64,000 nt of DNA from a virus (Duplodnaviria; Heunggongvirae; Uroviricota; Caudoviricetes): IMG/VR virus record IMGVR_UViG_3300008108_000037, positions 4,002-68,001 of that record; one strand, 5' to 3'. Made by a program: the position numbers and the translations under genes. Of the stretch, positions 17,687 through 26,093 are shown in pieces (the stretch's first letter is position 1; every line of letters begins with the position of its first letter). The notes beneath the pieces are model-generated. The model saw only the letters and a program-made list of their open reading frames with translations, did no database searches and was not told the origin of the DNA.

Positions 17687-18910
17687 ATGAAAAGAATTAA
17701 ACTATTTGAAGCCTGGGTACATGCACAGGCTTTGAACGAAGCAGCCCCTTTTGGAAAGTTAGATCTTTCCCTGTTTGATCAAGCGATGGCAGCTCGAGAT
17801 TTTGTAAAGGAGGAGAAACTGAACGAGGATCAAAATATGAGATATGAAGCCCTTAAAGCCATCTTGAAAAACAATGGGGTTATTTTTTCGATCCCCGTTG
17901 AAGATGCCGCACTGATCCTCGCAAATTACTGGATTTTTGGAGCGCCCCAGATTGGCTCTATGCTACCCGAAGCGAAGAGGTGGTTCGCCAAAGATGTGAA
18001 CTCACCAATTAAGCTAAATCCCTCTCCTGCGGATCCCACTAAAATTCTTACCAAAGGTGTTTTCACCGAGGATGAAATAATCGATCCGGGTGATGAATCT
18101 GCATCCTCGGATTACAATGAGATTGCTTTGTATTGTAATAATGCCTCTTTGATTCTCGTTGCACAATATCTAAAAGACAAAATGGGGGATAACACTAAAG
18201 TAGGTACTCCCACTCTCGGAAGTCTTAGACTAAGCATAGACGAGGATGCTGGTTATGTAAATTGGAAAAGAGAAGCCAATGGTCTTGATTTCATATTTTA
18301 TGGAACATCCTCAACCACGCAGGCTCAATCTAAACAGACTGTAACCACTCTCACTTGGGAGGTTCCAGATACCGGAAAAACAATTGTTAAGCAATTACCT
18401 GGTACAATGTTTGCCACAGGCCAGGTTACTCTAACTGATGCTAAAGAATTGGATGCAGCCATTGCGGAATTAAAAGCTCTATTAGCTGATAAAAGTACCG
18501 TACTTGGATCAATTGAAATTGAATCCAGTGCATCTGGTGATCGCCCAACCGGAGATAATCAAAGCGGATATCCTGCTGGCACTACACCTGGAAAGTATTC
18601 TCTTGGCACACCATATGTCGTGAAGACAGGAGAGACCTCGGGAAATGCAAAATTAGCACTTGGCAGGGGAGAAACAATTAAAGCAAAGTTAGCTGGCTTA
18701 AGCAATGACATTAAGGTTAAAGCCGTTATTCAAGACGGAGGTGATAAAGCTCAATATGCTAAACTTATCGTCACGGCTAAAAAAGCAGGAGGAGCCAGTG
18801 AAGTTTACACCAAAGACGAATTAAAAAATCTGGTATTAAAAACTAAACAAACAAAAGACTTAGCTTCATCTAACACTCTTACTGTGTGGGAGGCTAGGCT
18901 TCGTTGGTAA
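17687..18910 (+). CDS. putative virion protein with C-terminal OmpA-like domain
   Basis: MKRIKLFE...LNE N-terminus; FATG...IEIESSAS...NAKLALGRGETI resembles OmpA_C. Confidence 0.7.
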   Translation: MKRIKLFEAWVHAQALNEAAPFGKLDLSLFDQAMAARDFVKEEKLNEDQNMRYEALKAILKNNGVIFSIPVEDAALILANYWIFGAPQIGSMLPEAKRWFAKDVNSPIKLNPSPADPTKILTKGVFTEDEIIDPGDESASSDYNEIALYCNNASLILVAQYLKDKMGDNTKVGTPTLGSLRLSIDEDAGYVNWKREANGLDFIFYGTSSTTQAQSKQTVTTLTWEVPDTGKTIVKQLPGTMFATGQVTLTDAKELDAAIAELKALLADKSTVLGSIEIESSASGDRPTGDNQSGYPAGTTPGKYSLGTPYVVKTGETSGNAKLALGRGETIKAKLAGLSNDIKVKAVIQDGGDKAQYAKLIVTAKKAGGASEVYTKDELKNLVLKTKQTKDLASSNTLTVWEARLRW

Positions 18911-18964
18911 TCTACATGAGCCTACGCCGGTCAATAGACGTACCTGGTTCATGCTCAACTTAAG

Positions 18965-19528
18965 CTAGAGAGAACTACTGTTCTGATAATACCCTAACTG
19001 GAAAACGATATATGCGATTTTATAGTTAGGGTATTTTATTATGTTTACAGAGATAGCTCCATATTTACAAAGTAACACATCGGAAACCTTGGAGTCTCCA
19101 AATTGCACAGTTCCTGTGTCTCCTACTCTTTCCTGTCTCGGAGCAACAATTCCACTAACATGATATTTAGATTGTAGCCATTTTCTAAGGGCATTCTCAG
19201 CAATGTGTTGGTAATTATCCTCTGCTGCAGAAAGGATAGGAACTGCAACAATCATTTCTTGTCCTTTAAAATCCTCCCATTCCTTTCCTCGATTGTGTCC
19301 CCAAGATTCTGTGGTTGAAACCCGGTTGTTCCATTTTTTGGCAGAATTATACCAAAACTCTGTCCAGATGAAAGGCTTTTGAGGCAAGGTTGCCCGATAG
19401 CTATTAATATGATCGAACACATATTTAGATAGTTGTTTATCTTCCGTGACACTTAATGGAGTTGCAGACTGAGCATATGATCTGACTGATAATAACACAA
19501 GAAGAGAAGAAACAATCAGGAATTTCAT
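18965..19528 (-). CDS. secreted CAP/SCP-domain protein
   Basis: Signal peptide; INSYRA...WGHNRG...WLQSKYH pattern. Confidence 0.65.
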   Translation of the reverse strand: MKFLIVSSLLVLLSVRSYAQSATPLSVTEDKQLSKYVFDHINSYRATLPQKPFIWTEFWYNSAKKWNNRVSTTESWGHNRGKEWEDFKGQEMIVAVPILSAAEDNYQHIAENALRKWLQSKYHVSGIVAPRQERVGDTGTVQFGDSKVSDVLLCKYGAISVNIIKYPNYKIAYIVFQLGYYQNSSSL

Positions 19529-19659
19529 AATTCAGGGAAGTTATTGTTAATATTTGCCTCAAATATAAGGATAAAAGCGGCCACAAAAAAATGCTGAGAG
19601 CGGTGGCAGTGAATCATTCTTGAAATCTTGATATATAAATAAAGATTAACTCGAACAAT

Positions 19660-19887
19660 ATGAAACACATTAAACTTTTTGAAAACTGGCAGGATATGGA
19701 GTCGGAAGAATCCTATTCTGATGAAATGGATCAAATGCCTGCTGATGCCGGGGATCCTCCGATAGATGCTATGACCCGTCAGGAGCTGCTAGATTATCTC
19801 GAATTGGAAGAAACCCAAGGAAGTTTAGAACTCACCGACGAACAATTAAGAGACGCAGTGAGAGAAAAAGCAAGCGCAGAATCCTAA
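19660..19887 (+). CDS. acidic putative internal head protein
   Basis: MKHIKLFE; GATATATAA box upstream. Confidence 0.75.
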   Translation: MKHIKLFENWQDMESEESYSDEMDQMPADAGDPPIDAMTRQELLDYLELEETQGSLELTDEQLRDAVREKASAES

Positions 19888-19909
19888 TTAAAAATATCGA
19901 TCCCAGCAT

Positions 19910-20263
19910 CTATTTGCTGGGATTTTTGTTTGTGTCCAAAACAAAATTGTCCAAAAAATATTTTTCGGCAAATGCCAGTTTCCAATCTCCAGTATGCCCA
20001 TCCTCGTCTAGTGCATAAAGTACTGCTTTTTTGATGTTATTCTTTTCCTGATCCTTGAGGTTTTGCACTAGGATTTCAAACGATTCGTTGGTTTCGTATC
20101 TGTCTTTTACGTACTGAGCTAATCTTTCTACTGGTGTCATGTTTATTATCTTTTTTGGAGCTTCCTCAATGATGGTTTCACATCCCCAGCATCTATATAA
20201 GCCATCCCGATAATATTCTCTCAGTCTAACTTCATGTGTGCATACTGATGTTTGTTCTGCCAT
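19910..20263 (-). CDS. hypothetical protein
   Basis: ORF track. Confidence 0.7.
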   Translation of the reverse strand: MAEQTSVCTHEVRLREYYRDGLYRCWGCETIIEEAPKKIINMTPVERLAQYVKDRYETNESFEILVQNLKDQEKNNIKKAVLYALDEDGHTGDWKLAFAEKYFLDNFVLDTNKNPSK

Positions 20264-20341
20264 TTTAATTTATTTTAGATTTAGTGAGGGAATTTGCAAT
20301 TGCATTAAGTTTGGTATTGTTAAATTCTCTACTCATGGATC

Positions 20342-20593
20342 TTATTTTTTTCTTGTCGGAGGTAAATAATAAATCTTCAACCAATCAAAGTGTCCGAGAG
20401 CATCTGTGAAGGGACCTCCGAAAACTGGATATTCATCTTTTAGATATTCTTCCTCTATTTCCTCCCAGGTTTCTTTATTTAGAATCTGCATGATTTCTCT
20501 AGTAAGAGTCCCCGCAGTTTTGGTGCCGTCATTATTCCATTTAATAATAGCATTTTCGATTTCCCGATAAAGTTTGATTTGATCTTCCTGCAT
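20342..20593 (-). CDS. hypothetical protein
   Basis: ORF track, coupled to neighbour. Confidence 0.65.
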   Translation of the reverse strand: MQEDQIKLYREIENAIIKWNNDGTKTAGTLTREIMQILNKETWEEIEEEYLKDEYPVFGGPFTDALGHFDWLKIYYLPPTRKK

Positions 20594-20928
20594 TAGAATT
20601 TTTTAAGTTCGTAATATAATTTAAGGAGTATCTTATAGAGCCATTGGGGATTGCGATAATAAAACGCATCTCCCCGTTTTCGGTGTGGATATGTCCAATG
20701 ATATCCTACCATTTGTTCGAAGAAAAATTTCCGTGCTCTCCATTTGAATTCATCCCACGGATTCAACATATAGATCTCACACTCCAGATCATCCTCCCAA
20801 GGATTAAGTGTCTGGAAGGCAAACAGAGTATTGCCCATGCGACATAAACCGGAAATATGAACGTCAAAGTGATTTGAGATCCAGACAAAATCTACTTCTT
20901 CATAGGGTATGGTTGCAATCTTTTTCAT
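20593..20928 (-). CDS. hypothetical protein
   Basis: Start MKKIATIP at 20928 preferred to avoid overlap. Confidence 0.65.
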   Translation of the reverse strand: MKKIATIPYEEVDFVWISNHFDVHISGLCRMGNTLFAFQTLNPWEDDLECEIYMLNPWDEFKWRARKFFFEQMVGYHWTYPHRKRGDAFYYRNPQWLYKILLKLYYELKKF

Positions 20929-20980
20929 ATTATTTAAATGATTATTTAAAAACGATGCCACGATGGGGCTCGCTTTTCGT

Positions 20981-21550
20981 TTATTTTTTCTTGTAAACGT
21001 AAACATGATCGTGGATTCCGTGCCAACTGGGAATGGAAGCACCAGTTTTTAAATGTTCAAATTGTTTTTCTAGGTATTTGAAAAAATCATCATTTCCTGT
21101 GCACCCGCCATAATCCTCCCCTACAAATACTAATAATTTTCCTCCACTCATTCTTTGAGCGACATTAAAAGCCATTGGATCATCATAGGGAGGCCATGCC
21201 ATAAAAACGTTTCGATCCCTATATTTAGATACTGCTTCCGCTGCTTCTAGCTGTTCGACTTTTAAACGGTATTCGCCTTCCCTACACCATTTATTAGAGA
21301 TGTTTGGATTGAGATCAGTTGCTATGATGTCTCCACCTTGCTCTTTTACCAGGGATTCAGTGTAACCAAAACCCGATCCCACGCTTACCAGGGGTGATAG
21401 ACTAATTAATAGATCTATTAAACTTTGTGTGGGTATGTGCCAAGAAATCCCATGTCTGAAATGATCCCTTTTGGCCCAGGACTCCCCTGAAGGCCATCCG
21501 TACTCAGAAATTAATTTTTTGTATTCAGGGTCTACTAAAAAATCCTCCAT
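20981..21550 (-). CDS. SAM-dependent methyltransferase-like protein
   Basis: VSVGSGFGY motif I; VFMAWPPY; VGEDYGGCTG. Confidence 0.75.
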   Translation of the reverse strand: MEDFLVDPEYKKLISEYGWPSGESWAKRDHFRHGISWHIPTQSLIDLLISLSPLVSVGSGFGYTESLVKEQGGDIIATDLNPNISNKWCREGEYRLKVEQLEAAEAVSKYRDRNVFMAWPPYDDPMAFNVAQRMSGGKLLVFVGEDYGGCTGNDDFFKYLEKQFEHLKTGASIPSWHGIHDHVYVYKKK

Positions 21551-21617
21551 ACTTTTTGAATTAGTAGGACAAATATAGGAAATATCCCCGATAAGATTTT
21601 GCTGTGGTGTGATCTAT

Positions 21618-21926
21618 TTAGTAATCCCAGGATGTACCCACGAGTTTTTGTGCTTCCTTCCTTCTGTTCTGTCTATACAGATCTGAGATGTTTATCCAGA
21701 ATTCTATCTCCTCCTCTCTTAATTGCAATGTGGATAAAACAGCTTCTTGTGTTTCCTCCAGCTCTTGTATTTTTTCTCTTTGAGTTTTAATTATGGAGTC
21801 TCTATATGCAATTTCCTTTTCCATCTCGTTGTATGCTGAGTTCTTATCGTCATTCAATTTATAGATCATCAGAACGATAAAAAGAACTATCAAAAATAAA
21901 ACAATCTTATGTAACGGGTATTTCAT
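21618..21926 (-). CDS. membrane-anchored coiled-coil protein
   Basis: N-terminal TM then coiled coil. Confidence 0.7.
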   Translation of the reverse strand: MKYPLHKIVLFLIVLFIVLMIYKLNDDKNSAYNEMEKEIAYRDSIIKTQREKIQELEETQEAVLSTLQLREEEIEFWINISDLYRQNRRKEAQKLVGTSWDY

Positions 21927-22657
21927 CAGAATCCAAAGGTATCATTAAATTTAATCACTGCCTTAGCAGTAGAAGGATCGTATCCTGCTGCTATCAAAAT
22001 TTCTTCTTTGTCAAATCCTTTTGGAATTCCATTTATGATCGAAACATCTTTTTTCACCATGTTTGCCAATGCCGAGAAAACATCATTTCCTTTCTCCTGT
22101 GAAATTTCTAGGAGATAGCTTTTCATCAAATCTAATCTAGCGTCATTTTTTGGATTGTGAATTGCCATTTTTTTACGATCGTCAAAGAATTTAAGTAATT
22201 TTTTAGTATCAGAAAGCATTTTATCAACCACGCTCTTTCTCACATCTAGTGATCTAGCTATTGAATAAGCTCCAATTTCTATGAAAGCTGCATTCCAGTC
22301 TTCTAGTGAATTAAAATTAAGAGGGTATCCTTTATTTACCAGTTCCTGACCATAGTAAATAATTCCCCTGCATGGGCTGATTCTAAAATGGTAATATCCA
22401 ATCGGAAAAAAAACTTCTCTGATTCCCTGTTTATAGCTTTTAGTGATCTCCCATCTGAATTCTTTTGGTGCGCCTGGATCAATTATATAACGTCTGCTGA
22501 CATCATAATATCGATCTTCTGGATATGCACGATGCAAATCCTTCACCAGGCTAACTATTCTCTGAAATTCTGGTAATTTCTCCAGTTCTTCTTTTTCTGG
22601 AGCAGTGCATCCACCCTCCTCCTCGAAAACACTATATTCAAAAAGATGTTTCATCAC
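21926..22657 (-). CDS. putative internal head protein
   Basis: MMKHLFE; GATATATAA box 2 nt upstream; ends DTFGF. Confidence 0.8.
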   Translation of the reverse strand: MMKHLFEYSVFEEEGGCTAPEKEELEKLPEFQRIVSLVKDLHRAYPEDRYYDVSRRYIIDPGAPKEFRWEITKSYKQGIREVFFPIGYYHFRISPCRGIIYYGQELVNKGYPLNFNSLEDWNAAFIEIGAYSIARSLDVRKSVVDKMLSDTKKLLKFFDDRKKMAIHNPKNDARLDLMKSYLLEISQEKGNDVFSALANMVKKDVSIINGIPKGFDKEEILIAAGYDPSTAKAVIKFNDTFGF

Positions 22658-22685
22658 TGTTATATATCACTTAAATATATACAAG

Positions 22686-23132
22686 ATGAAGCATCTCGAT
22701 ACCTTTAAAATATTTGAATCTAGACAGTCTCAAACCTTGTGGGGATTTTGGCTTCATAATTTTGAGGGAAGTTTAGTTGGACTTTTGGATAAGCCAACAG
22801 CAAAAATCATATCTAAGATTCTGGACGACCAATTAGATCCCAACGGGGATGACATGTACGGAATATCAGCCAATCCGATGGAAAGAAATGGTGGAGATAT
22901 TTGGTTTGACGAATCGGAGTTTATAATTCAACAAGGTGACAACAGCGATTTAACGGATTTTGCAACCACCCTGCATGCTAAAGATCTTTTTGACCATCCG
23001 AATCAATTCATCAGTTTAGAAGGAGATTATGAGATCAACGGACCCTGGCTAAATGCCATAGATGCTATTTTAAGGGCATATCCGGATATTAAATTTCCTT
23101 TCCCTAAATGGGAAACAGTTTATAAAAAATAA
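22686..23132 (+). CDS. putative internal head protein
   Basis: MKHLDTFKIFE start at 22686. Confidence 0.75.
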   Translation: MKHLDTFKIFESRQSQTLWGFWLHNFEGSLVGLLDKPTAKIISKILDDQLDPNGDDMYGISANPMERNGGDIWFDESEFIIQQGDNSDLTDFATTLHAKDLFDHPNQFISLEGDYEINGPWLNAIDAILRAYPDIKFPFPKWETVYKK

Positions 23133-23137
23133 TTCTT

Positions 23138-23932
23138 TTGGAGATATTAAAGCATTTCAATCCAGATTTTTTTGAACCATCTTGTGTGGAAAAATTAATA
23201 GCTGGGAGAAAGAATAAGTCATTTAATACAATTCCAGGTGAAAATTCTGGGAGGTGCACGTATACTTTTAACGAACTTGGATTCAGGGGTGATTCTATAA
23301 ACAAGAAAGGATTTAGAATAATGTCTATCGGATGTTCAGTAACCGAAGGATATGGAGTAAGCGATAATGAAACATGGTCACACTATTTGTCCAGAATGAT
23401 CCCGGGTGGGGTTGATCTGAATTTTGGGTTATCGTCTAGAAGCAACGATTACATTTCCAGATGTCTTCTGACTTATTATGATTTGATTAAACCTGATTTA
23501 GTAATAATTTTCTATACGTTCACGACAAGAAGAGAATATATTGATGAAACCAACTCTATTTCATCAACGATGGTTAGAAAAAGCAAAGATAGCTTTTGGT
23601 CGTCTTTCAAAAATCCAGAAAATGATATCATATTAAATTCCCATATTAATCTATCTAATGAACACCAGGATAAATATAACTGGTATAAAAATCACCTTCT
23701 GATTAAAAATTTTCTGGAAAATAAAGGATGCAATTGGATATGGAATGGAGATTTGCTAATTGAAAAAAACTATCAGGAATCGAATAGGATAGATGGTGGA
23801 TTTTTAAATGATCAAAATCAGTTTATGGATTATGCAGTAGATAATTTGCATCCTGGACCCAAAACAAATCTTAGATATGCTCAAAAACTTTTCTCATATA
23901 TAAAAAAAATCCAGCGGGGGAGCCTTATTTAG
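23138..23932 (+). CDS. SGNH/GDSL hydrolase-like protein
   Basis: IGCSVTEG block I, NFG block II, DNLHPG catalytic DxxH. Confidence 0.8.
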   Translation: MEILKHFNPDFFEPSCVEKLIAGRKNKSFNTIPGENSGRCTYTFNELGFRGDSINKKGFRIMSIGCSVTEGYGVSDNETWSHYLSRMIPGGVDLNFGLSSRSNDYISRCLLTYYDLIKPDLVIIFYTFTTRREYIDETNSISSTMVRKSKDSFWSSFKNPENDIILNSHINLSNEHQDKYNWYKNHLLIKNFLENKGCNWIWNGDLLIEKNYQESNRIDGGFLNDQNQFMDYAVDNLHPGPKTNLRYAQKLFSYIKKIQRGSLI

Positions 23933-23946
23933 ATATATAAAAAAGC

Positions 23947-24261
23947 ATGAAGCATTTAGAAATCTACGAATCTTATTCTGACGAAAGGACTATTATTCTG
24001 ACATCCCGACAGGGAAGAGAAATAAAGTTTTCTACAAGAGGTGGAAGGATTACAGATATTCACAACGATTCTGATGTTAGATTTCCTTATTCAGTAGGTC
24101 AAACAGCAAATGCTTCTATGAAAACCTGGGCTTGTAATAATGGATTCAAATGGAACGGAGAGGATCCCTGCCCGGAGGAAAAAATATATGGCATAAGAAA
24201 AAAAGACATTCCTCAAGGACACGAACTAAGAATGTTATTCCCTCATAAATTTAGAAATTAA
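23947..24261 (+). CDS. putative internal head protein
   Basis: MKHLEIYE; GATATATAA box upstream. Confidence 0.75.
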   Translation: MKHLEIYESYSDERTIILTSRQGREIKFSTRGGRITDIHNDSDVRFPYSVGQTANASMKTWACNNGFKWNGEDPCPEEKIYGIRKKDIPQGHELRMLFPHKFRN

Positions 24262-24262
24262 A

Positions 24263-25186
24263 ATGAAACACCTTAAACAGTTTACAAGATTTATTAACGA
24301 ACAGGAGGAAAAAAACCCAACACCTCCCCCACCCTCTGTTGGTTCAGGAATTGATACAACAGGACTGGGCGATATTTTTAAAGATGCTGCTAAGATTTTT
24401 AAGGATGCTGGATTTTTACCCGCTGACGCAGAAGGTGGAGGAATGACCTGGGGTGATAGACTACAAGCTACAGGGGAATACAAGGTTCCAAGTGCAGAGG
24501 AAGTGCAAAAAGGAGTTGATGCAGTTAATGCAGCTATGGATAGACATGGTATCACAGATAAAAATATGAGAGCTTCTATACAAGGAGTAATTGGTAAAGA
24601 ATCTGGTTGGGTACCTAAAAATGAGCATCCTTACACCAACACCTCCAATGATAGAATCAGAAAAATCTTTGGAAAAAGAGTTGCTTCATTAAGCGATGCT
24701 GAATTAAATATGATAAAAGCAGATCCAAATAAATTCTGGGACAGAGTTTATGGTCCAGATGACATAACAGGTGCTTCACAGAAAATGGGTAACACCAATC
24801 CTGGAGACGGAGCTAAATATTTAGGTAGAGGATTCAACGGAATCACATTTAAATCCGGATATGAGAAAATGCAAAAACTCTATAACCAGGACGGTAAACT
24901 CGGAAAATCAATTGATTTTGTGTCGAATCCTGATGCTTTAAATGATTTGGATGTTGCAGCGGAAGTTGCAGTACTTTATTTTGTTGACAATCTTAAAAAT
25001 CCAAAGGTAAAATCCATGTATGGATCAAATGATCCTAATGATTTTCCTGATAAAGACTCCGCTCTTAAAGCTGTATTTCACGTGAATGCAGGATTGGGCA
25101 ATAATTTATCCTCTCCGATTTTCCAAGAAACTTTAGCAAAGTCTGCAGATTTCAGAGACGACATGCTACAAAAAAATATGGTTTAA
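24263..25186 (+). CDS. GH19-like lysozyme/chitinase with capsid-targeting-like N-terminus
   Basis: GKESG, DGAKYLGRGFNGITFKSGY, NPDAL...AAEVAVLYF; MKHLKQFTRFINE. Confidence 0.8.
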   Translation: MKHLKQFTRFINEQEEKNPTPPPPSVGSGIDTTGLGDIFKDAAKIFKDAGFLPADAEGGGMTWGDRLQATGEYKVPSAEEVQKGVDAVNAAMDRHGITDKNMRASIQGVIGKESGWVPKNEHPYTNTSNDRIRKIFGKRVASLSDAELNMIKADPNKFWDRVYGPDDITGASQKMGNTNPGDGAKYLGRGFNGITFKSGYEKMQKLYNQDGKLGKSIDFVSNPDALNDLDVAAEVAVLYFVDNLKNPKVKSMYGSNDPNDFPDKDSALKAVFHVNAGLGNNLSSPIFQETLAKSADFRDDMLQKNMV

Positions 25187-25187
25187 A

Positions 25188-25718
25188 ATGGTAAACATTT
25201 CTGAGCATTTACAATATCATCTGGACCAAGGAGTCTGTATAGCAGAATCTATTTTTAGACCAGGAAGTGAATCCCACATTTCTCTTCTCTCTGAATCCAG
25301 AAATTTATACCTGTCGGGTAATTTAACAGTTGATCCAGTTACTGCTCTACTATTCGAGGCAACAGATCTAGGTATGATCGCAGAATTTGAAGGAGTAATG
25401 GTTCCTCTAGATATGCCTTTAGAGATTTTAGATGAGGCAGAATATAGAGGTAGAAATGTTAAATTGGGATATCCTAAAAGAGGTGGATCCAAGAAGTTTT
25501 ATGTTTATGTAAAAAACCAAAAGGGTAATGTCATAAGAGTAGAATTTGGAATTCCTGGGATGAAAGCTAAAGTTAGCGATCCTGAACGCAGAAGAAGTTT
25601 TGCAGCAAGGCATCAGTGTCACAAAAAGAAAGATAGAACTAAACCAGGATATTGGGCATGTAGAGCAAACAGATATGCTCATCTTTGGGGAGGTAAAACA
25701 TATCCAGGATATTGGTAA
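25188..25718 (+). CDS. conserved T4-like phage protein
   Basis: EAEYRGRNVKL...KKFYVYVKN...FG...RRSFAARHQC...YWAC pattern seen in large myoviruses. Confidence 0.75.
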   Translation: MVNISEHLQYHLDQGVCIAESIFRPGSESHISLLSESRNLYLSGNLTVDPVTALLFEATDLGMIAEFEGVMVPLDMPLEILDEAEYRGRNVKLGYPKRGGSKKFYVYVKNQKGNVIRVEFGIPGMKAKVSDPERRRSFAARHQCHKKKDRTKPGYWACRANRYAHLWGGKTYPGYW

Positions 25719-25975
25719 TGACTCCATACACAGAAAAAAAAGAACAGGATTTAATTATCAGAAGATTCTCCCATGATATAGATCCAACAGAATTATTATG
25801 GCATAGGGATCTTAAAAACCGAGAGATAAAAGTTATGGAAGGGAGAGGATGGAAAATTCAGATCGATAATCAGCTCCCGCAAGATATTGATTTAGTTACT
25901 ATCCCAAAAAAGGTTTGGCACCGTGTGATTAAGGGGGAAAGCGACCTTGTTATCCGAATTAAGGAATGGGATTAG
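25718..25975 (+). CDS. small cupin-like protein
   Basis: WHRD...IPKKVWHRVIKG; start overlaps upstream stop. Confidence 0.7.
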   Translation: MTPYTEKKEQDLIIRRFSHDIDPTELLWHRDLKNREIKVMEGRGWKIQIDNQLPQDIDLVTIPKKVWHRVIKGESDLVIRIKEWD

Positions 25976-25982
25976 CCACCAC

Positions 25983-26012
25983 GTTATCTTCCGATTAACT
26001 TACTATTAACTT
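25983..26012 (+). promoter_or_regulatory. Pho-box-like 11-bp-period direct repeats upstream of the TBDR
   Basis: GTTATCTT-ccg-ATTAACTT-act-ATTAACTT. Confidence 0.5.
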
Positions 26013-26022
26013 TCCGTGAAAT

Positions 26023-26044
26023 AAGTCCCAAAAGGGACTTTTTT
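26023..26044 (+). terminator. hairpin + T-tract
   Basis: AAGTCCC-AAAA-GGGACTT-TTTT. Confidence 0.7.
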
Positions 26045-26093
26045 AGTGTTTTTTTAATCCATAAGTGGGTAGATAGTTCGACAAAAGACCCAC

